Assembly: GCF_006345805.1 (NCBI RefSeq)
Contig: NC_042998.1
Coordinates: forward strand, 57,164,001 to 57,228,000
Reading direction: 5' to 3'
DNA length: 64,000 nucleotides
Source: Octopus sinensis
Lineage: Eukaryota
Both the position numbers and the translations under genes were made by a program. Below are positions 12,065 to 22,889 of the stretch, piece by piece. The notes beneath the pieces are model-generated. The model ran no database searches. It was not told where the DNA came from and was given only the letters and a program-made list of their open reading frames with translations. Position 1 is the stretch's first letter. Each line of letters begins with the position of its first letter.

Positions 12065-12800
12065 ATCCTTTTCTACTTTAGGTACAAGGCCTGAAATTTT
12101 GGGGGAGTGTGCAACTGGTACTTAATTTATCGACCCCGAAAGGAGGAGAGGCAAAGTCAACCTCGACGGAATTTGAAATCAGAACATATTTCTTTACTAC
12201 CCACAAGGGGCTAAACACAGAGAGGATAAATAAGGACAGACAAACGGATTAAGTCGATTATATCGACCCCGAAAGGATGAAAGGCAAAGTCGACCTTGGC
12301 GGAATTTGAACGTAACGGCAGACGAAATACCTATTTCTTTACTACCCACAAGGGGCTAAATACAGAGAGGACAAAGACAGACAAACGGATTAATTCGACT
12401 ATATCAACCCCAGTGCTTAACTGGTATTTATTTAATCGACCCCGAAAGGATGAAAGGCAAAGTCGACCTCGACAGAATTTGAACTCAGAACGTAAAGACA
12501 GGCGAAATACTGCTAAGCATTTCGCCCGGCCTGCTAACGTTTCTTATTTCTTTATTGCCTACAAGGCGCTAAAAAAAGGAGATAAACAGGGACAGAGAAA
12601 CGGATTAAGTCGATTACATCGACCTCAGTGCGCAACTGGTACTTAATTTATCGACCCCGAAAGGATAAAAGGCAAAGTCGACCTCGGCGGAATTTGAACT
12701 CAAAACGCAAAGACAGACGAAATACCGCTAAATATTTCGTCTGGCGTTCTAACGTTTCTCCCAGCGCGCCGCCGCGTGCCAACATTTCTGCCAGCTTATC
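12065..12800 (-). mobile_element. Cluster of tandem or nested S1 SINE segments
   Basis: Four copies of cgaccccgaaagga.gaaaggcaaagtc.acct.g.cggaatttgaa, interleaved with three copies of the acaagg.gctaaa..agacaaacggattaagtcga segment. Confidence 0.8.
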
Positions 12801-13104
12801 GTCTTAGAAATAATATCAAGAAAAGTCTGGCCTATTTGTTATAGTTTCTTCTTTATTCAATTTAGTAACTCATTTTCATGTTCTATATTAGTCTTCTGTA
12901 ATTTTTACAACATTGTGTGTCAGTAATTGAAAAAAAAAACCGCTCATATCTATCCATCTCTGTATGCATTATATGCATACATACATAAACACATACGCAC
13001 ATGAAATAGATATCACAACTTTGTTAGCTGTTACCATCCGCCTTTCGGAGTATTGCATCGTTATGTCTATTTGTTCGAATTTCTTTTCAATTACTATCCT
13101 CTGC

Positions 13105-13337
13105 GTATATATATATATACATGTATATGTATATATATACATATATATATACATATATATACATGTATATATATATATACATATATATATACATGTATAT
13201 ATATATATATATACATATATATAATATATATATATACATGTGTATATATATATACATATACATGTGTATATATATATATACATATACATGTGTATATATA
13301 TATATACATATACATGTGTATATATATATATATATAC

Positions 13338-13386
<49 letters not shown>

Positions 13387-13440
13387 CGTACATACATACA
13401 TATATGTACATATATATATATATGTATATATATATATATG
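13105..13440. repeat. Compound (TA)n/(TACA)/(CATG) microsatellite
   Basis: Directly visible; source of the multiple YI-repeat ORFs. Confidence 0.95.
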
Positions 13441-13882
13441 CACACACTTGTATATTTAGGTAAGTAGTTACACCTATGTATATGCATAGTGTGTGTGTGT
13501 GTGTGTGTGTGTATGCGAGTATGAGAAATCTTATTATGACATATATATATATATGGAACGCAAAGTCAGGAGATTTGAAAAACGAAAATAATTAGTTTTC
13601 CATATGACTTCCATAAGGTGATAGTTGTTTCGTAAACTGCTTCATGTACTTTTGATACTAAGATGCAAAAATTGTACGTATATGATTCCATCAGTATACG
13701 CCTATCATAATGCATTTCAATTGTATATTCACAAATAACTGCAAAAACCCAGCTGCCCTAACGTACCCGAAGATTCAGCCTCCGTACAGGTGGAACTTAG
13801 AGTAGCCAAACTCTAGTGTTGTACTCAGTATTTTTTTCAGCAGTTAATGTTAAACGGATAATCACACACACACACACACACA

Positions 13883-13921
<39 letters not shown>

Positions 13922-13959
13922 TATATACACGAGGCTTTAAGGGTATCGTAAAAGCCAGG

Positions 13960-14127
13960 CTGAAGTCTCATCCTTCCGAGCTCTTTTACAGGGCTTAGAA
14001 AAACTGAATGACCACTGCAATAAGTGCGTAAATCTGACAGGGGAATATGTTGAATAAAATCATAAGTAATCGAACTTTCTATAATTTATTTTACCGAAAG
14101 CCAGGAACTTTTCAGCATCTCATCGTA
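13960..14127 (+). mobile_element. mariner 3' end (transposase C-terminus plus TIR)
   Basis: LFYRA-LEKLNDHCNKCVNLTGEYVE* with a frameshift, then a TIR-like ggaacttttcagcatctcatcgTA. Confidence 0.7.
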
Positions 14128-14479
14128 TATAAAATATGCCTATATGTTTGTATATATAGTGTGTCTGGTCATATAGTCGATTCCTGAACCGGGCGTTTAT
14201 CAGTTTATTCGGATGAAATGCATATTACCTGTATGTTTGTGCTGCCTTTCCTTTCTCAAACTGTGATTTCCTGGATGCTCCGCGGTGTCGTGTTTTGGAG
14301 GATTTTGAGTGTACGGAAAGATCTGGGTCATTTTTTACATATCAATATGATACAGAATCTCTGTGCATAAGATAGAATTCTTTACCAGCTTGTAACATTT
14401 ATAAACGTGTAACTTATATATGCCAGGGATATAGTTTCAAATGAATGTAAACTGATGCAGCATGCTTTTCAAAGGGTAG

Positions 14480-16210
14480 TGATTTGACCCAACTCTCCCA
14501 GGGGATGATGAGAGTTGGGCCATGTATAGGGAAGAGTTGGGACATAGCATGAGTTTGGATAAGTGATATTTTATTTGATGGTACGCTAAGATGAAACATT
14601 TACATAACTACATATAAATGATTTGTGCTCTATTTTGAAGAGTTGAGAACTCCACTTCGTTTAACATTCGGAGTAGCAGTTTCGGTAGAAGTTGATGGTT
14701 CCTGTGAAATGTTGGGTGACTCTGTCATTGAATAAGAAACTGGTGTTTCTTTAAAACTTGATTGGAGAACATCTGTTTGGTTTTCAGATGATGCTAGAAG
14801 ACTACTGTAAGTGCTAACTCTGGTTAAAGGGATAAATTCCCGTTCGTTGAAACCCAGACATAGCGTTTGGAGTGGTAAGAACATGTATCTGAGCATGTGA
14901 AACAAACTCAGAAATGTCATATATTGTAATCGACCTTCCGGGTTGGGACCTCTTCCCGTTATCAACCGCAACACTGTATGCCGTCCAATGGTTGTGCTTT
15001 GTGTGAGGTGGGATTGTTAATGTCACCCCATTTTTTTTGGCCAAGCCAATAACTGCAAAAGACAAATGCGTTTCATGATTGTCCAAAATTAACAACACTT
15101 TTTTCTCTTTGCTGTCCCTGAGGTAGGCTATAAAGTATTTTAAATAAGTCACAAACATATCTTCATTAATCCATCTACTGGAATTGGCTCCTCCGATACA
15201 GCTTGCAGGACCACTTTTGATAATATAATCCCTATAGTTTTATCGTGGGAAGATTAGCAGTGATAGAACAGCACTTCCTACTGCATTAACTGCATACACA
15301 ACTGTTAAAGTTCTCCTCTCTCACCAGAAGTTATAGATCCTACTTCTTTTACTTCCTGTACAGAGATGACATTTTCAGGTTGCTGCATAGTTGCGCACCC
15401 GGTTTCATCTGCTTTATAAATGTCGAGGCATTCAAACTTGTGCAGGTCCGTAACACTCTTGCCAACGTTGTAGCGATTGAACACACTTACTCTAATAAGA
15501 GATGTAGCCTCTGGTGTTCGAATTGCTAGATGGTTTCTTTCTTCAAAGGATATCCAAAAATGGTCGCCAGTCATTCTGTTTTGTTACCAAGAATCAGGGA
15601 CCGTAACATTTTTTCTTAATGCATATTCCACTATCAACTCACGGAATTTATTTCGTGTGAGTCCGTGGAACTGCTCGGCTAAAGTCTTTGTGTGAGTCGA
15701 TAACCCAGCTTCCATCTCTGATGAAAATGCCATATCTTTTATCTTGCAAATATTGTACCCAAACACTTCGTTTTGCCCATCATTTTGTTCATTGCATTTT
15801 TCTATATATGTTTTTTAGTGTCATTCTTGCTATATTAGAATCTTTAGCAGCACTACGAATACTGCATCCTTCTCTGACGCGATCTCTGGCCCTACTAAAT
15901 CATCCTCTGCGGCCGCACGATTGGTCGTCGGGATATATTTCCGAGGCATCTGAAAAAGTCAATACATGTGCAAATTTTAGCCAGTATGAAGGCAGGTAGA
16001 TCAAAATTTAATCCCTTATTTTGAATTGAAGCCCTGTGCAGCTTAGCTTCAACACACTTAAACTCGAAAGCAAACGCAGAGTTTTTGGTAATTAGCACAG
16101 GAAGTAATAAAATTAACAGGTTAAAATTGTTTTTTCAATACGCATTAATAAAAGGAGAGTTTAGTAACTGCTCAACTCTCCCATACATAGCTGTCCCAAC
16201 TATCCCCATC
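14480..16210 (-). mobile_element. Decayed pogo-family (DDE_1, CENP-B HTH) DNA transposon; ORF remnant ~15949 to ~14630
   Basis: MPRKY.. preceded by an acceptor-like tttttcag; GCSIRSAAK (HTH); LAIRTPEATS; IYKADETG..VGSITSGERGEL; KKVLLILDNHETHLS..IPPHT; FQRTGIYPFN; inverted subterminal cccaactc motifs at both ends. Confidence 0.85.
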
Positions 16211-16724
16211 TTAACTTCATGTATCATTGTAACTGTAGCGTTAGTGACACGGATTTTTTTAAACAATAACAGTGATAGAGAATCGATAAAGGTATATGAC
16301 AAAATGCATTCAATCAGAATGCTACATACTACTAGAGAAATATGAACATGCTTACCTTCAAGCCCAACTATTACTTATTGATGTAAAAATAGATTTTTTC
16401 AATATATAGCTGTATAAACTACTTACACTTGTTAAATGTATTAGATCAGAAGTGCTTCCAATACGTGGCAGTAATTACTTTTTATAATTTATAGATTTAG
16501 AGAAAATTGTTATGGCTCAACTCTTCGTGTGGCTAAGACTCTCCCAAGCTTCCCCTACCTATTATTATTATTTTCATTGCGGAGAATTACGGCACTTAAA
16601 AGAATTATCGAAAGCATTACATATGCTACTACCTATCCATATACGCTTGCGAATGGCGACTGTAGTTCCTATGCACGTATATACATACATGCATACATAC
16701 ATACATACAAATACATACTTACAA

Positions 16725-16762
<38 letters not shown>

Positions 16763-16763
<1 letters not shown>

Positions 16764-17155
16764 TAGCAGTATCGCCCGGCGTTGCTCGGGTTGTAAGGGA
16801 AATAAATATATAAGCATTTTTAGAGAGTTATAGCCAAAAAATAGCAAAAAAATGCATTAAAAATTGAAAAAAAATTAAGGTAAATTTTTTTTAAATCGTT
16901 GACACATCGTAGATATTTTTAGAGAGTTACTTCCCTTATATAAAAGCGAAAAAAATGCATTAAAATGGAAAAATATGATGGTAAATTTTTTTTAAATCGT
17001 AGACTCATCGTAGACGCACGCTAATACCAGAAGGGCTCGATATGAATCACGACTATAAGATACCCGCTTTTGGTTAAACTGCACCGCAAAATGTGGGAGT
17101 AGTTAGGAATCTAAATCGTAGGAGACAGACACACAACTTCACTCTTATATAAAGA
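16763..17155 (-). mobile_element. Non-autonomous Helitron, family A, copy 1
   Basis: Minus strand 5' TC(tttatat) ... 3' hairpin cccgagcaacgccggg, 8 nt, then CTAG|T. Confidence 0.8.
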
Positions 17156-18029
17156 TGCTTTTTTTTTTCAGTCATAGAGTTAGATTTATGAAGGTCTTCA
17201 GTAGAAAATCCTTCGAATTCTGACTCGCTGCTTGATATAATGAAATTCGTATCCATTTTTTGTCAGAATTACAAATTTTGAAAACACAATAGGAACAAAT
17301 TTCGGAAAAAAATCTCTCATAATTCACGGAATTAAAATTACACTTCGATTGTTGTACAAAACTGTAGTTGAAGTGTTTACGAAGTATAATACGTGTTTTC
17401 ACGAATGTACTGAAGAGATTTGCTCTGATATTCTCATTTAAATATGAATAGGTAAATTCGGGCGGCTTGGTAACTATATATAAGTGTCGTCTGTTTATAC
17501 ATAAACACTGTTTCATACTGCAATTATATATACATATATCTATATATAATATTATATAATAAAATATATACAGAGTAAAATAAAAACCAATTTACCTTTT
17601 CTGTCCGTCCGTGTGTCTTTGCAAATGTGTTGGAATGATAAGTGAGTTGAGTTTTGGCGCCTTTTTTACTAATAACAAACACACACGTGTTTGTATGTAG
17701 TTGTATGTGTATGTAGTTGTATGTGTATGCGTGTGTGTGAGGAATGACACACACACACTCACGTACGCACACATGTACATCAATGCTTTCGGAGTGATAT
17801 GTTAAAATATTGAGTTTTCTCGAATTTTGTCTTAATTGGTGGTAAAATTGAAAGAAATTTTTTATGGCATCACCCACTGAAGTACTCTGAAAAATCTTAG
17901 GTAAATTGTAATTGAAGAAATTGTGTGAGGAGTAAATGGTTATGTATTTATTTGTTTCTGTTTGCTGTGTTTTTTTATTTTTTGAGTAGTGGTTTAAATA
18001 CTTTCAGTTTAGTCTTCCTCAAATTACTC

Positions 18030-18307
18030 TGTCGCTATTTACTTTCATTTTATTCGTTGCACACTGTGTGTGTGCGTTTGCGTGTGGTGTAAACCAGACT
18101 AAGAAAAGCATTTGACACACACACCAGAATGTGAGTTTTCTGTAAATTTTGCTTAATTGGAGTTTAAATTTTAAAAACTGGACCTGGCATGACGCGATGC
18201 ATTCTACTCTTAAAAATGCTAGGTAAATTGTAATTGAAGAAATCCTATATTGTAGATTTGTATAACTCCCAAAGGGAGGCAGATAAAATCTGCCTTTTAT
18301 AATAAGA
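18030..18307 (-). mobile_element. Helitron family B 5' segment (starts TCTTATTATAAAAGGCAG)
   Basis: Near-identical to 19530-19806; TC start with subterminal hairpin aggcagat-aaa-atctgcct. Confidence 0.65.
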
Positions 18308-19149
18308 CTAGCAGAATTGCCCGGCGTTGCTCGGGGCTGAATTGCTTGAAAGTACTGTTAATGATTGCACTGAATTATGATGATTATTCAGGCAAATATT
18401 GAAATAAGCTTACGGTGGGAGATAAGGACTTAACGCCAAACGTGTGCCATTGCATTGTTTTGGGGGAACCAAATTTCTGATGAGCATTATAGGGGCACTA
18501 ACTTTAAGTTTGAGAAAGTGTGGTGGTAGTCCGGGGTGCTCAAAGGAATTGAGTACCTCTATTGGATAGTTGATGACGTCCTCTGGGTCAGGAGTTGTAT
18601 CGATAGACTGATATACATCGACTTCCCCAGGAATGAGTTTTAGCATTTCATCATTAATATGGTGAACAGTTTTATTCCTCGGGGCCAGTATAGCCTTTTT
18701 GCCAATCCAATCCATATTCTGATAATTAGCTTGTAAATCTGGGAACACTGCATCTCTGAGATCAGAAGGCGTCTTAACAATGGTACAAATGGAATCGATG
18801 GCAATATTACCATTTTCATCCCCTGGTATTTTGCCTTCGCCAAGTGCAAGGAGAGTGTGAGGAAATGCTGGTGATGTGATATTACGTCGCATATGAGCAC
18901 GCATATTTGTGAAGTTTGAGAGTTACTTCCGTTTATTTTTTAAAATATGCATTAAAATGGAAAAAAATGATGGTAAATTATTTGTAAAATCATAGACTCA
19001 TCGTAGACGCGCGCTAATACCCAGAAGGGCTCGATAGGAATCACGACTATAAGATACCCGGTTTTGGTTAAACTGCATCGCAAAATGTGGGAGTAGTTAG
19101 GAATCTAAATCGGAGTAGACAGACACACAACCTTTCTTTTATATATAAA
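18308..19149 (-). mobile_element. Helitron family A derivative carrying a PIF1-type helicase fragment
   Basis: ORF 18410-18904: LLALGEG..AILAPRN..V..IN..ML..IPGE..YQSID..YPIEVLNS..PGLPPHFLKLKV.APIMLIRNL.PPKQCNGTRL; same 3' hairpin and CTAG at 18308-18311. Confidence 0.9.
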
Positions 19150-19166
19150 TACATACATACACACAC

Positions 19167-19198
<32 letters not shown>

Positions 19199-19529
19199 AC
19201 ATGCATACATACATATACACATAAACCGAGTAAAAAATTTCAGTTATCTCTCTCTTTCACACATTACTCTCTCTGTCTCTTCACACACACTAACAGAAGC
19301 ACTTCACTTACACAACATACTGTCTGTCTCCCACACTCCATCAAACACACACACACACACATGTACATCAATGAGTCCCATGCACGGTAACTTCAAAGAA
19401 ACTTCCCTCGTCATACAATCGCTTTCTCTTAGTCTCTTTCGCTCTCATTACTTATGTAAAAAAATAAAAGTTTTTTCTATGTGTGTAAAGAGGAAGTGGG
19501 AGGCAGAGTGAAAGAATCACTCACTACAG

Positions 19530-19806
19530 TAAGTGAATTACTTTCATTTTATTCCTTGCCCACTGTGTGTGTGCGTTTGCGTGTGGTGTAAACCAGACTA
19601 AGAAAAGCATTTGACACACACACCAGAATGTGAGTTTTCTGTAAATTTTGCTTAATTGGAGTTTAAATTTTAAAAACTGGACCTGGCATGACGCGATGCA
19701 TTGTACTCTTAAAACTGCTAGGTAAATTGTAATTGAAGAAATCCTATATTGTAGATTTGTATAACTCCCAAAGGGAGGCAGATAAAATCTGCCTTTTATA
19801 ATAAGA
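19530..19806 (-). mobile_element. Helitron family B 5' segment, second copy
   Basis: Near-identical to 18030-18307, offset 1499 nt. Confidence 0.65.
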
Positions 19807-19807
19807 G

Positions 19808-19864
<57 letters not shown>

Positions 19865-19914
19865 ATAAGAGTGGCTTGTTCGCAGTTTTACAATGAAAAG
19901 CAGAAAGATATACA

Positions 19915-20480
19915 TCGCTAAATTGACTGAGGATTCTAGTCAGCACCAGTATTGGTAGAAATAAAAGTTAAGACAGCCCCATAGACACAAGAAGCAGCTT
20001 ATGTATAAATACGAAATCACTGTGAACTGTTTATTTCTAAGCGCTGAAGGAGGTTACCTCCCTTGTCAGTAATTAAGATAATGCGCTTCTTGTGGCTATG
20101 AGTTGTTTTAACTCTTATTTCTAACAACAATGGTGGTGACTATTGCCCGCAGACACTTCAGTGACGTATATATTTCTTACATTTCGCTGTAAAATTGCGA
20201 ACACGTCACCCATATTATTCATAATTTTCACTTATACCGTTTAGGAAATCAACGTATGATTTCTAAGACTTGAGTTTAACCCAAGGCGCTAGGTGACAGT
20301 CATTGAAGAGTATTAATATAAATGCGAAATCGCTGTGATATCTGGCTATTTCTTGGCGCCGAGGGAGCTTGCCTCTCCTGTGAGTCATTAAAATAAGGTA
20401 CTTCTTGTGCTATGAGTTGTTTTAACTCTTATTCCAAGCAATACTGGTGCTGACTAGTGCCCTCAATCACTTCAGTGATG
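19915..20480. repeat. Direct plus inverted repeat cluster, probable Penelope pseudo-LTRs
   Basis: ~180-nt direct repeats (~19996-20165 and ~20296-20480); ~65-nt inverted partial copy at 19933-19995; adjacent to a GIY-YIG ORF fragment. Confidence 0.55.
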
Positions 20481-20550
20481 TATATACATACATACATACA
20501 TACATACAAACACACACACATATATATATGTATATACATATACATATATA

Positions 20551-20581
<31 letters not shown>

Positions 20582-20589
20582 GTATCATA

Positions 20590-21260
20590 TATAAATAGCA
20601 GAAATATTATAGAAAATAGCATACAACGACCAAAAGAAATACCTACAGAACAACTTAAGGCAACATGAGAAAGACGAACCCAGTAACAGAACACAATACC
20701 GTTTCTTGCATCGCTAAAACATTTTTAACATTATGGAAACAAATTTTCCAATCATGAAATGCAGTGTAAAATTTTTAAAAAACGGTAACTGATCAAACAC
20801 TTATCTTAATCAAAAAGCAACTACATCATCTAAAGAAACTATTAGCAAAGGCAAAATTCAACAGGATAAAACATTCACAGTATCCAAGCGTAATGATAAC
20901 AGATGTGGAACGTAGCAATACATGCATACTCGTAGATCCATTTGGGAAAAATTGAAAATGGACAGATTTTCCCAAATACAGATATGAACTGCAAAAGCAG
21001 AAATATGTTCCACTGCATTAAATGCCCGAATTGCGAGGAGTTATATATTATCGAGACAGAGAATGTATTATCGGAACGCTCACCAGCCCACAGACAACAA
21101 ATCCGGAACACTAATGTTCACCAAATTCCATAAATATTTCTAATTTTTCGTTTCCACAAACTACATGACACGAGGGAGGTTAGGAGAAAGTTAACAGAAA
21201 ATCGATTTATTAAAATGTTCAATCCTATTCTGAACGGAAATAACGACAATAATATAGTAA
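20590..21260 (+). mobile_element. Penelope-like element, RT C-terminus/GIY-YIG endonuclease remnant
   Basis: IENSIQRPKEIP; MNCKSRNMFHCIKCPNCEELYIIETENVLSERSPAHRQQIR; FHKL..ENRFIKMFNPILN. Confidence 0.8.
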
Positions 21261-22199
21261 CCTGTCAATGATGTGGATTAAAAAATATCTATAACATATG
21301 AATATTAACAGATTACAGATGACTCCCACCAATTGAAATAAAGATGATCGAACCCAACTAAGTTTGCTCACTCATATAACCATTACGTGTAAATCGCAAG
21401 CTAATTGGTGAACATAAAGGCGGGATCTATGCCAGAAATATCGGTTTGTCCGGCAAACCGTGACGTTTAAGCTGCGTGCGGATTGGTCAAAACCGTATTC
21501 CAAAACTTCGGCTTCTTGGAACCTCCTGAGAGGTACAAAAAGTAAGAAGTCAGGCATTTTACTAGTGTAGTCAAGAAGTCAACTGTCAGGTAAATACATT
21601 TTCAAATCTGATGACTACTACGAACGTATGAAAGCGGTAATTTATGTCTTTGAAATACCATAATAAAAAAAAAAAACGTGAAAACCAGACCATGCTTTGA
21701 CTTTATTCAACTGATATATATAGACGCAGAAGTGGCTGTGTAGTGAGTAGCTTGTTTACCTACCACATCGTTCCGGGTTCAGCCCCACTGCGTGGCACCT
21801 TCGACAACTATAGCCTAGCCTAGGGCCGACCAAAGCCGCGTGTAATACAATTTTTCTTTGAAACAGAACTACTTCGTACAAGAACAAGAATTGGAATTTT
21901 TTCTCTTGGGAATAAGTAGCCTACTCATTTTGTTTATTTTGTTTTATCTTTCGTAATACCACATGAAAATTTGAGTTGAGACGTATTGTTGTTTGTTTAC
22001 ATTCTATTTGAAAATTTACGGTAGCGAATACTTTACGAAAGCTTTTCTATTTATCAGTATCGTTTTTCATTTAACTTTTTCTTAGAACGACCTCTTTACA
22101 TTCTATTTGAATAATATATTTACCGTAGCGAATTCGTTACGAAACCTCTTTCTTTTCACTATCGTTTTTTCACTTTATATTTTCTTACAACAGCTCTTT

Positions 22200-22875
22200 C
22201 GATGTATACATTTTGTTTATCTCTTTCTTTCATATCTTCGTTATCTGCTCCTCCACTCTCTCTTTCATACCTTCCTCATCCTCTCTCTCTTCTCTCGTAT
22301 CTTCCTCCTTTTCCCCGCTTCTCTCCCTCTCCCTCCCTCCCTCCCTCCCTCCCTTTGTCTCTCTTTACACCTACCTCTCTCCCTCTCTTTTCCATATCTT
22401 CCTCTTTTTCTCATCTCTCCCCCTCATTTCTCACTCCATCCCTTTCATATCTTCTGCCTTTTCCCACGTCCCTCTCATTCCCTTTGTCCCTTACTACATC
22501 TCCCTCTCTGTTTTATACCTCCCACTTTTTCTCTCCTCTCCCTCTCTTTCATATATTCCTCCTTTTCTCACTTCTTTTCTTACAACGTCTCTTCCTTTCT
22601 CTCACATCCTTCATTCCCTCCTCTCTCTCCCTCACTCTGCGTCTCTTTCTCTTCCCCTTCTCTCCTTCCCTCTGTCTCGCTATCGCTCTATACCCCCTTT
22701 CTCTTTCTTCGTATCACCCTCTCGCTTTCCTTCATATCTCCCTCACTCTTACCCTCTCCCTCCCACTGTCTTTCTTACTCTCCCACTGTCTTTCTTCCTC
22801 TCCCTCCCACTGTCTTTCTTCCTCTCTACCTCCCCCTGTCTCTCACTCCCTCTCTATCCTTTCCTCCCTCTCTGG
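22200..22875 (+). repeat. ~680-nt imperfect polypyrimidine (CT-rich) tract
   Basis: Directly visible; includes three tandem ctcccactgtctttctt/ctcc-type units near 22760-22840. Confidence 0.9.
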
Positions 22876-22889
22876 GCTTAGAAAGTAAA

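Noticed and set aside
12065-12800. Repeat-spacer-like pattern suggestive of a CRISPR array
   Set aside because: Units are long SINE segments and the intervening sequences are themselves repeated; eukaryotic context and no cas genes.
12964-13487. Many overlapping YI/IY-repeat ORFs (also at 1504-1821, 5575-5862, 9561-9879, 50146-50508, 55742-56169, 57749-58107)
   Set aside because: Translations of microsatellites.
19920-19965. CTGAGGA..GAAA motif
   Set aside because: No helix adjacent to the core and no cleavage triplet or stem I; it is part of the inverted repeat copy.
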